A stretch of 56,576 nt of DNA, filler included, from Sluysia triapertura (lineage: Eukaryota), in the NCBI GenBank assembly GCA_046118255.1. It is 4 parts of 4 records of this genome, joined end to end, with 100 filler letters (N's around TTAATTAATTAA, not from the genome) between each part and the next. Parts side by side here need not be neighbours in the genome. Positions count along the whole stretch, not along the records: positions 27,172 to 42,971 come from JBJNIA010218362.1; positions 43,072 to 56,576 come from JBJNIA010036260.1; 2 more parts are not named here. One strand, 5' to 3'. This document shows, piece after piece, positions 38,372 to 49,751 of the stretch. Numbering within the stretch: the stretch's first letter is position 1; the number at the start of each line of letters is the position of its first letter. The position numbers and the translations under genes were made by a program. The notes under the pieces are model-generated. The model saw nothing but the letters and a program-made list of their open reading frames with translations, was not told the origin of the DNA and ran no database searches.

Positions 38372-39050
38372 TTAATAATAATGTATTACTAGTCTGAATA
38401 TTGGTGTATCTCTATCTAGTCTGTCTTGTTTTGAAGTTAATTTCAATCGACAATAATGTTATTAATTTTTCATTACATACTGGTTCTATTTAATCTCAAT
38501 TTAGTATGAGTTTATCTTATATTATAATATTCTGAATCATGTTTTTAAGATATTTTTAATCGGCTTTTATGTTCTTAAAGTATGATTTCATATTGTTATT
38601 ATTAATTGTTAAGATAATTTATTGACTATAATAGTAAGGTTTGATGCTTATACAATCTCATTTTAAAATGATTGTTTATACAATTTTCAGTTTAAAATTG
38701 ATTGTTGTTTGTTACTAAATTTTGTATTTATATTAACTGTATGTAATTTTATTTTAAATTAATACAAAAGCATTATAATCTCAGTGATAACGATTTTAAA
38801 TTTTATTTCGGAAATGAAATAAATAATTTTAAATTAAAATAAAGAGAAATTTGAAAATTTAAAGTAAATTAAAAATGAAAATGAATTTGAAGTTAAAATG
38901 AGCATTATGTTACATAGGAAATGATTTTTAATTTCACTCAATTTAATTAATTAATAAAAATGGATGCTACTTAATGAATATATTTTTTTATTTCTTACTT
39001 AACCTTATTGGTCTATGAAAACAATAAAAATTTCCGATGATTTGATTTAA

Positions 39051-39351
39051 CCGTTTGAGTGCGGGAGAATTTTCTTAAGCATATGCTAAAAGTCCAGGAT
39101 GAAATACATAGTACTTTTTGGAGGAAACCAATGAAAATGGTTATAATTAACACTAATTGTTATGTAACAAGTAATTTTGATCAAAAAAATATTTTTTATT
39201 TTCATTGCTGCACAAATTCAATGAACTCCTTTTTTACTAACAGCAGCATCTTCGCATTATCGATACAAAACAAGAAAAGCGATGTCGCGTTGCGTCTTAT
39301 TTTTGGCATACGACAAGTGAAGCGCGATAGCGCTTCGCCGTACTCAAACGG
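39051..39351. mobile_element. piggyBac-type MITE
   Basis: TTAA|CCGTTTGAGTGCGG ... CCGTACTCAAACGG|TTAA (13/14 TIR); subterminal palindrome GAAGCGCGATAGCGCTTC. Confidence 0.85.
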
Positions 39352-40109
39352 TTAATCACTATGCAATTCAATTCTCATGGTTAATGAACTGGGTATTTAT
39401 ATGATCATCAAATGTTGTTGGCAGTCAAAATAACATTGAATAAGAAATATAAAAATGGTTAGAGCCTTACCAAAGTAAATACCAATAAAGTTTTTGCAAT
39501 AGAGTTCATTTGTATATTAATAATGTCTATAATTTATCTTAACCTTTTCACTGATTTCTTGGCAATTGCCTACAAAATTTTTATTAATGTGAATTATTTT
39601 TATTATTCGTTAAATATATTATAGACCTAACAAGATTACAAACGAATAATTTTATATAATTATTTAATGACACATACTTTAAGTAATAGTTACAGTAATA
39701 TCAATTAGCTTTAAAAAGTAAACAGAATAATCAGTAATTAAATTTAATTTGTTGTTTAAGTTTCAAACACCGATGTAATATGTCAAATAAGTGTGATTAA
39801 TACGTATATACTAATGTTATACTAAACATTATATTACTTTTATATTAATATTTTATACTATGATACTAATAATTTGGATTTGAAAATATAAAAAGTAATA
39901 TATTTGTGTTACGTTTATTAGTTTATATTTGTTCTATTAGTATTTTTATTCTATTTCAGTTATTCATATTTTATATTCATGTTTATTTATTTACAAAAAG
40001 TATGTATCTTGTATATATGAATATCATATAATATATTTTCTATAAAATCCTATTAATGTAGTAGATATTCATGTTTACTGTATCCGTTTCATAATTATAT
40101 ACATAATTA

Positions 40110-40156
<47 letters not shown>

Positions 40157-40158
<2 letters not shown>

Positions 40159-40490
40159 CCCAAAAAATGTATAAGAATTTATTAGAATTTTATTGATATA
40201 AATGTGAAAAAATATTTACAAGTATCATTTATTGCTATTGTTTATTGCCTGTTCGTAAACTGACAACCTTTTTGACTCAGGCACTGCACACATCATGAAA
40301 CAATTCCCTTTGTATTTGGCCACGTTCGTGTTCGATTGCTTCTCTCAAGTCAACGACTGTTGCAGGTATGTTAGCGTATACTTTGTCTTTTAAGTATCCC
40401 CGTAAGGAAAAATCAAGTGGTCTGGTGAACGGTGACGATATTCAACAAAAACCATTCATCCAATCTACTTGTTTAGCAAGGAAGGAATTA
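40157..40490 (-). mobile_element. mariner-like DD37D remnant, same family as 26400-26760
   Basis: VEYRHRSPD/PLDFSLRGYLKDKVYANIPATVVDLREAIEHE; abuts (TA)n at 40115-40156. Confidence 0.85.
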
Positions 40491-40749
40491 TATTTGATGT
40501 ATATGTTGACAATGAAATGCTATCATGCCGAGTGGATATTACTGAATTTGAATGAGTCTTGAATGTTTTATTTAAAAATTATGAATCGAGATTTCTATGA
40601 TTGTGATTCATGCAGCAATTGATAATGTATTTCATTAACGTCCTTGATTAAAATTAGAATAATTTTCCTTTATTTGAAGAATTTTGTTTGTTAATACTTA
40701 AACATACACTATAAAATAATCTTCTTCTTATCATTTCTTTATTAAATGT

Positions 40750-42030
40750 ATTTAATTTTATCTTAGAATTGGCAAAAACTGTGAATTGGTTTTTAAACCG
40801 TTGTAGAAGTTATTACTTATAAATTTGATTAATATGCAATGAGGTTTCCAATTGTAGCTCACATTTATTTCACTCTAAATACCGGAATTGATATGTTTTT
40901 ACAATTATCAATATTTAAGGAAAAGTGCAACGTTTTGATTTATTGAGGTCGAGATCTTCCTTAAAAGAAAATAAAAGGCAAGAGTAAACGAGTTCATGGA
41001 TTGTATAATAAAGTGTCAAAAATAAAATTACAAGAATATCACATATGCTTCAATTACGACATCAAGAAAACGTTTAACTGAATTGTTTATAGTAAAGACA
41101 TCTTTAAGCTGACATATTTCATCAAATGACTTCATATTCATTTCAAATACATCTTGAAAATATCTAACTAAATGGTTTAAACTAATGGTATCTTTGGGCT
41201 CAGGCATTTTATCAAATGACTTGATATACGATACAAATATATCATCACGCAAACATTAAACTAAACTATTTATTTTATCAACATTTGTAAACTGAATTGG
41301 TTCATCTGATGCCGTAGGAGGTTTATGTCTTTAATGATACCGTTATTTGACATTTTAATTGTTGCAAACACTTAAATTATCGTTTTTATTTTAACCCTTT
41401 CAATACTTTTGGCCAGGGAAAATATTTCCGTATAATCGAACTAAATGAGCTGTAAATAAGTAAAGGAACATGTTTACATAATTTCAGAGTTTTAGAAAAT
41501 TTGGTTTTTGAAAAAATGCCTTAGTTTAATTATGGGATATATATCCCTGGGATAAATATATTCTCTGGGACTTATATATCTCCGCAGTATTGAAAGCGTT
41601 AAGACACTTGTTCAGACATTTTGTTGCAGGCAATAAAAATAGCTTTACTCCAATAAAAATTGTATTCATACTTAGTTAATTGGGCAGGTTACATAATGAT
41701 TTGCAACTTGTTCGAAATATTATTGTTATATTTAAAAATTAAAAATAATCTTGCTTATAGCTAAACATATATTTAAACACCATTTTTTTAGTTCTATACA
41801 CGATCTATTGTCAGATAAATATAAAAGACGAAATGTGTCTTGTTAAACGTTGATCTTGGCATTCGATATTATGTTTTTTCATAAAAGCATTCACTAATAA
41901 ATTCCGAGTTTCTTTCAGTTTTTTATCTATACAATTTGGATTGCAATTCCTAAAACCGCATCAACTGTCATCATTGTAGTTAAATCATCTGCTTTATTTA
42001 TGTTTTGCATCAATTGACAGTGGCAAATAT
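40750..42030 (-). pseudogene. Decayed unknown coding region, interrupted by a MITE
   Basis: Stop-interrupted frames KKYLPLSIDAKHNKADDLTTMMTVDAVLG, ELLVNAFMKKHNIECQDQRL and HKPPTASDEPIQF...*CLRDDIFVSYIKSFDK (ORF 41028-41252). Confidence 0.4.
41395..41598. mobile_element. piggyBac-type MITE
   Basis: TTAA|CCCTTTCAATACT ... AGTATTGAAAGCG|TTAA (12/13 TIR), with internal GGGA..ATAT..CC repeats. Confidence 0.82.
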
Positions 42031-42759
42031 TTCTTTTTTAATATTATAAAAATAAACATCAATTCTATATTTCAAAACCCATGTATTTTTCAATAATTTT
42101 AAAACATATAATCGGTGAAGTAAAACAAAAGCCGTCTGAAATATGAAATGTCTAATAAAACACTATTATTGAGTAGTTTAAAGTTCGGATAATTTGAATT
42201 AATTAATTGCACAGGTTTATATGATGAGTCCTATTGTATTTAGTATACTGATTTTAGGTATCACATTTGTATCTGTTTACAAATTTGGTGAATGTTTTGA
42301 ATATTGTAATGTATGACTTTTATTGTGTGAAGTGGTATTATTTGATGATTCGATCATCATCGAATTAAGAGTTGTAATTTAATGGTTAAAATTGGAAACT
42401 TGCTTATGGGTAATCTAATGCTACATTAATGTTATATTAATTCAAAAATGAAGATTATAAAATATTAATTGTGTCAGTCAAAGCCGATGAAACACGAATA
42501 TGAAGTGTAATCATGAAGCAGGAGCTATAAAAATTTCAAATATAATATATAGTTTATTTCAGTATAATTTTAAGAGTACATCATATTTTATTCAATTTTA
42601 GTATTTCAAATAATTTAACATGAAATTTCATATTCATATTGAATGTATTACTAAAGATACCTACTAAATTGAGTCTGAATTTGTTGGTAACTAATAATAT
42701 CGATTAAAATAATGTTCCAACTATGAATCAATCAGCAAGTAAGGTTCAATCATGACACT

Positions 42760-42923
42760 AATGACCAATAAAAACAATAGTAGAATTCGAAATCATGATG
42801 CTTATGTTGTTGAATTCTTGAATAATTATTGGTAATGATATGTGCCGAAAATAAAATAATTGTTTTTAATTTGTACAGAATTCACATAATAAGGTATTTG
42901 AAAGGCTATATAAGTGAAATGAA

Positions 42924-42971
<48 letters not shown>
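42760..42971 (+). mobile_element. L2 LINE 3' remnant with (ATT)n tail
   Basis: PIKTIVEFEIM (cf. PVKSRIEFKIM); TACAGAATTCACA shared with ~21206; GGCTATATAAG..(ATT)n tail. Confidence 0.6.
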
Positions 42972-43071
42972 NNNNNNNNNNNNNNNNNNNNNNNNNNNNN
43001 NNNNNNNNNNNNNNNTTAATTAATTAANNNNNNNNNNNNNNNNNNNNNNNNNNNNNNNNNNNNNNNNNNNN
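42972..43071. other. Artificial contig linker
   Basis: N44-TTAATTAATTAA-N44. Confidence 0.95.
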
Positions 43072-43939
43072 TTCATTGAAATTTAATTTATGGTTATTGG
43101 ATATTATGTTTTAAAAGGTTTAAGGTTGTGAGTGTTGGCCACTACAACTAAAACCAATCATCAAATAAAATCATGAAATTTAAATAAGTAAATTAATAAA
43201 TTAAAATTTTAATAAAATTAAAGAATAATAATAATTAATATATTAAATTAATTAGTATATTAAATAATTTATAAAATTTAAATTAAAAATAATAAAGAAA
43301 AAATTTTTTAAATATTTGTTTTAATAAATTATAAATTATTTTTAGGAAGATATACTAAAAAATATTAATTATTTTTAATATTGGAAGCCGTATCAAAAAG
43401 AAAATTACTATAAATAGGTGAGTTTTATTTAAAAAACACACAAAATATTAAGAAAACAGAAAATCAAAATTGGATTCAGGATTTTTAGAATTTAAAAGAA
43501 AGAAGAGTTCCTAATTTAGAATTTGAAATTTTCAGAAGATTAGAATTTAAAATTTAAAGAAGAATTCCATGTAAAAAAGTAAGTAATTTTTATATAAGTT
43601 TATACGTTTTACTGTAATAGGAAAAGAAAAATTTACTTAAAATCACTTTAACTTTCATGCAACACCTTAATACGGGTTGCGAAATCTCCTAAATTATTAC
43701 TATATTTGTTAAAGCAACACCTTAATTCGGGTTGCGTAAATATAAAATCTGTAATTAAATGACACTTCGTAAAAGGTTGTATTATAAATTTATCAAATAG
43801 TTATTGTTGTATACACAGTAAGGTATAAGCAAAAGTTTCTCAGTTAAGAATAAGTTATAAAAATCCTAATAATAGTGGTATAAATCGTATTAATGTATTA
43901 AATTTATGTTTAATATTATTAACCATAATTTTAATCTTT

Positions 43940-44460
43940 GAACATTTCAAAGGTTCCAAACTTTTTACAAGGTTATTCGAAGGTCTCGAAAGTTTATTAA
44001 GGTCTCAAGAGTCTTAAAAGGTTCCAACAAGGTCTCAAATGATTCCAAGGATCCGAAATTCAAAGGTATCTTTACATATCAAGACATCTTTCCAAACCCT
44101 ACTTAAGTCTTCATAAGGGTCTTTGGAACTCCAAGGTGTTCTTCGGTTTCAAAACGAGTATAAACATTTTACAGCTCATTATTCTTGCTCTAGGAATATT
44201 ATATTATCATATTTCACATATTCTATATCACTTTTCTTTATATATTTTAAATTCTTTTGCCCTTTTATCTACTTTCTTACACTAATTGGACAATCCCAAC
44301 ACACACATATATAATAAATATTTAATAATAACAATAATGTAACAATAATGTAATAATAATAACAATAATAATATATTTAATATTAGCTCCCAAGAAAACT
44401 TACAATTTTCATTGTTTATACTTATCTTACAAAACAAATCAAATGTGGGTTTGCGAAACT
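43940..44460 (+). mobile_element. LTR-like segment with degenerate AAGGTYYCAA repeats
   Basis: Repeated AAGGT(C/T)(C/T)CAA-like units, then GAGTATAAA, ACAGCTC and AATAAA; a related segment lies at ~48850-49080. Confidence 0.35.
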
Positions 44461-46333
44461 TAAAAAATAAACACATACTTAAATTAATTTTCGTCAGACA
44501 ATTTTCTATATCAATCTTCATATGTATGTGAGAAAACTAAGTGTTTTAATTATTTGAATTTCTTTTTACTTTGTGATTGTGAGTCCCCTATAATATTGGT
44601 CTTACACAATTAAGGGCCAATTCATATGTGTCAGTGAAAGATAAAAAGGAAGTGTTGGAAGTCAATGAAAGCAATATGCTTGATTTGTGTAAATGATTAA
44701 ATCCGCTATTATAGCGAGGTTAGTCTTCTTTTATATAAATTTATATAGGATCCAATTTATAAGAATCAGAAATTGTAAATGTTTTAATTATTAAATTTTT
44801 TGTGGATTTTATGATTATTTTAAATCTTTGTAATTTGGTTTGTCCGAAAAGAATTGAATCTATGTTAATGTTATCTAACAAGATTAGTAAAGTTTCTTCT
44901 TAAAAGTCTGAATATATCGATTGGCTTTTATTGTAAAAATTATACTTGAATCGTTATAAAATAAAAAGAATGACACAAAAAGTATCTTTATCAATATTAC
45001 TTTAATGTTATAATAATATTAATTTAATGATTATCAACTTTTATTAATTGATAATTTGTATAGATTTCTTAAATTGATTTGTATTATCTTTTATTTTTTA
45101 AATTTAGTCTAAATAGAAAAGAGTTTAAGTACAAATTTATCAATCTTTATTAATATGATATTATCTAAATTGAATTGAACTAACTACGATGATAGTCTTC
45201 TAAAGAAAGTAATCAGAATTTTGTCTGTGAAAATAAATACGAGAATAAATCGATTATTGAAAATAATCGAAGGCTTAGAGCCAAATATTGAATAATGTAA
45301 AGCGATCAAAAATGTCCACAATTAGAATCTTTAATTCTATTATAGTTATGATCGACAATATTAGCCTTTTAAATGACTTGCACATAAAATGTTATAAAAA
45401 TTATTTAAAGGTAGTTAAGTTATTTAATACTAATAAAGTTCTAATAATTATGCAGCTATTCATATTTGCAACTAACTTCATGACCTTTGTCATATGATTC
45501 AAATGACTAATTAATTAATTAGCGATAATAATGTGCTAGATTTTGTTTTAATACTTTTATAAATACACATTAATAATTTCGATAAAATAAATTAATAATA
45601 ATAATGATGACAACTACTTATTTTTATTTTAATATGATGATGATACTGTGATGTTATTATAAGAATTATTATATGAAACTATTACTCCAAAAATTATTAT
45701 TACAATGGAATTTATGATAACAATAACCATAACCGTGATAATTATGTACAGTGATTGTCTGCTTTTTAATGAGTCAAATAATTTATTTAGTGCTTTCTTG
45801 ATGTAACAAATGTTCGTATGTGAAGAAGTGTGTTTGTAATTTTGATGTAATTTCCCAACAGTAATAAATTAAACTAATTAAATTAAATTTATTTAATAAA
45901 ATAATTAAATTTCATAAATTACATAAGATTTCATAAATTATTACATAAGATAAACGTTACATGTATATCAATGATTTTATTCTATCATTCATATGGTATA
46001 TTTTAGTATTAAATTGAATGTGAGTGTCTTCACTAAGCTGATTGGCACCTCATTTACTTATTACATTAAAAATAAAATTCTAATAAAATATAATAAAAAA
46101 TTATTATATATGATAACATATTCATTCAATTTCACTTTTTAAAGAAATTAAATTTTTTAAAATGTTTGATAATAAAATAATAATGATACTAATAATCATG
46201 ACAATAATTAATTAATAATAATAACGATAATAGTTAATAATGATAATAATAATAATAGTTCAATTATAATTGCCGATTTACCCAATATTGCAATTTTTTC
46301 GCTAAGCGGAAATAGATATTTTTAGATTAATTA

Positions 46334-46337
<4 letters not shown>

Positions 46338-46385
<48 letters not shown>
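46338..46385. repeat. (AAT)n microsatellite
   Basis: Pure trinucleotide run. Confidence 0.95.
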
Positions 46386-46386
<1 letters not shown>

Positions 46387-46749
46387 TTGCGTCTTTGAAA
46401 ACTAATAGCTACGATAAATCAATATCAATTTAATGAACTTAAAAATAATCTCAATAATTTAAGTAATCACTCTATCAATTATAAATTATCAGTAATTTTC
46501 TTATTTTGGTGATAATGTCTATTAATTTTTATAATTTAAAAATAAAGTTAAGTATGTTCCAATGTGTAACTATAAGTAAAGTATATATTAGATTGATGTT
46601 TTTAAAGATACCAATCCAAATATGTTATTGAACTTTACGCACAACGTATTATGCAAAAGATTCCTGTGATAAATAAATTTATTATTTCATTAATTTTATC
46701 TTTAATTTAAGTTGACACATTACGTTGTTAATATAATAATAGTATAATA

Positions 46750-47325
46750 ATGATTTTAAATTTTAATTATATGATATTTAAAGGATAAGGGGATTGTTAC
46801 CACAAGTCCCATTATCTTTGGATAATTAGAATGATAATGAAGTTGAACATATACGGAAATTGTTGTGGAAATTTAATCAGCGAAATTAGTCGCCTATTTC
46901 TTGTTCAATTTCTGATTTCTAATTTCTCTAATTATCATAAAACTGCTATATAAGTAGTTACATTTCTGCAAGAAAATTAGAAATGAAACCGCTAATAGGA
47001 TATAGTTAAGAGATGTAGAATTAACTTTTCAACTGTAGGGAAGCTGCTTTAGTTTACCAGTGTATAACTGTGAAACTAAAGTTATTTCTTTAGCAATTGA
47101 CTAAAATAAATAATTTTCTTTTTATTTTGCATTAATACGGTGCTAAAATTTAAATAAGTTGTGTTTAATCTTTAAAGAATAATTTACATTATTATAAAGA
47201 GTAAGTTATATATTTTAGTTGTAATCTTGAAATAATATAAACAATATATCGAGATTTTGAATTTATTTAGTTATTGAGTTTTAATTTAACAATTTGGAAA
47301 AATAAAAGTATTAAAAGACAAATAA
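46750..47325 (-). repeat. Dispersed repeat, copy 2 (homologous to 15765-16470)
   Basis: Co-linear similarity to copy 1, with indels. Confidence 0.7.
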
Positions 47326-49453
47326 ATACATCTTATCACTATTACTCTTACTATAACTTCTATTATTAATCTTCGTCAAAATTCGTAAATTATCTTACAC
47401 AGAGTTTATGAGTATAATTAAAACTTTATTACGTTGCCATATTGTGTGTATTAAAAACTTTCACACATTTTATTAATTTCCTTTTGTTTGGGTTGAACTT
47501 TTACTGAAGATTTTTTTCATAAAAGAAATATCCCAAAAACTTTTGAATTAAATGTAGGTTCATTGTGATTTTGAAAAACTTTGTCCCATAATATTGCTAC
47601 AAACAAATGCGTACCTTCACGCGCAGAAGTTCCACCATTTCAGACAATGATATTGCTGCTAATAAATAAATGAATGATTCTAAATAGCAGTAAAATGGTG
47701 AATAATGGTGAATATAATAAAATATAAATGAAACTGTTACGAAGAATCATATTTTATTGTTCATCATTATGTTAAACGTTCAACAATATCGCATAGTTCC
47801 AGTAATCAACAAAGTACGGTTACATCGCATCAGCATCAGCCAACACCTGGATTCAGTATTCTTTCGAAACCAGTTAACATAAATTCGCATGCAACAATTA
47901 ATGTATTACACCGTCGCAATACAAGAACTTGAAGAATTTGAACATTGAACATTACAAATTTTAGAAAGAGACGTTGAACTGATAGTATAATTGATACCTT
48001 ATGTTTTCTCTGATAAATGTAGAAAGATAATTAAGCAATTGAGCGGATTAAATATAAGATTTAACGCATTTTGCAATTATCTGACTAGTTACCTTTGGTC
48101 TCTGAGTAAAAGAGAGCAAGAAAAAGAAATGTATGCGTTGATAGAACATTGTTGGTTATTACTAGAGTTTCAGATGATTATGTTGATTAATTTGATGATT
48201 TTTGTACTTTGTTATTATCGAACATCATATATAAGATATAGTTTCTTGCCTTCTCATTTGCTTTGCAAACATTTTTAAAGGTTAAGACAGTTAAGTATCC
48301 GGTATTGTATCTTTTGATTAAAAAAGAAATTCAAAATCAGTATTTTAAAAAAGTAAACCATTAATTAATTGCTTTTTCATAGAAATCATTTACTTTTACT
48401 TTATTTTATTTTTATAAAATAGAAACTTTAAAATCATTAACATTAGAATTTAGATTAAATTTTTACAGGAATAAATTTTTGTATCTTAATTGTGTTCATT
48501 TTAATCTTTCGAATAAAATACAAATAAAGAAAGCAAATATAAAAGTTATGAAACAATTTTTTAATATCGCATTTAAATTCCATGATCTTATAATTGTTAA
48601 CCACAATATGCAAATTATAATTCAATATTTAAATCATCTTAATCTAAATAAATGGTGTCGAGAACCCATTTCCACCCCAAAGTTTTATTAAAGTTCTAAA
48701 ATTATTTAAAATTTAATAATCCATTCAGGAAGCTCTAGATGCTCTCATCTTCACCTCTCTTATTCCTTTTTCTCGTTCGTCATGTTAATTATTACCACAT
48801 TAAACCTATCTTTATTATTTTAAACAAAGATTTTATTTCTCAAATATTTTAAAGATCTTATACATTATGTAATATCACTCGAAGATCTTAGATGCTTATC
48901 AAGGTTTCAAGAATGCTTAAAGGTTAAATTAATTAATGAATCAGATGATCTCAAGGTCCACAAGCTCAAAGGTATATTTGTTTTTATTTTCATGATTCTT
49001 ATTTCGACAGTGTTTATAATGTTAAATCCATTAATTTGTACCAGTTTTCTCTTCATCTTATAGCTCCATATGTTTCTTCCTCATTCCCTGATTCACAATT
49101 AGGAATCCCAACAACTCTATAAACAGTTCAATAATGATAAAATTATCTGAATAGACTCAAGAATTTCTGAAGATAATTTTCGAAAGTGGAAGTCACCAAT
49201 AAATAATAAATAAATTAATAACTTCAATAAAGTATAAAGGTAAATGAGCATTAAAAATATTTCTTTTGTTAAATTTTGATTTTTGCTTCATTGAAAATTT
49301 GACATGTTCGATAAAAAATTAGACGTTTGTAAAAATGTGATTAATTTATATTTTAAACTGATATAAATAATTAATGGACAAATTTAAATAAACTATTAAT
49401 AATATACATTATATATAAATTTATATTAACAATTTAATCAATATTATGACCTA

Positions 49454-49751
49454 ATGTTAAAAAGAACCGGACAATTAGTATGGCAACAAAGATCGGTGCT
49501 GAAACTGTCAACACCATTTCGAATAAGTATTACTCGAAATTATCATTTTTTACGACGTAGTCAATCTGCATCAAAAGTTCTATCTAGAATAGGGTATAAT
49601 AAAGTTCAACAAATGACGTCGTTGAATTATTTACAATTTCGAACATTGAAAAAAGGCAATTCATCAAACAATGATGATAAAACTACAGGTGATGATATTG
49701 TTTGTTGTACTAAATGTGGTAATCCTCTGACCATTGTATCCACTGACAAAA
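49454..49751 (+). CDS. CLPX: Probable first exon of mitochondrial CLPX
   Basis: ATG followed by an Arg/Ser-rich presequence-like N-terminus lacking acidic residues, then GDDIVCCTKCGNPLTIVST (cf. CLPX LRCPKCGDLCTHVET); GT donor at 49752. Downstream exons not found. Confidence 0.55.

Noticed and set aside
48650-48672. TGGTGTCGAGAACC as a retroelement primer-binding site
   Set aside because: No preceding LTR CA end and only a weak resemblance to a tRNA 3' end.
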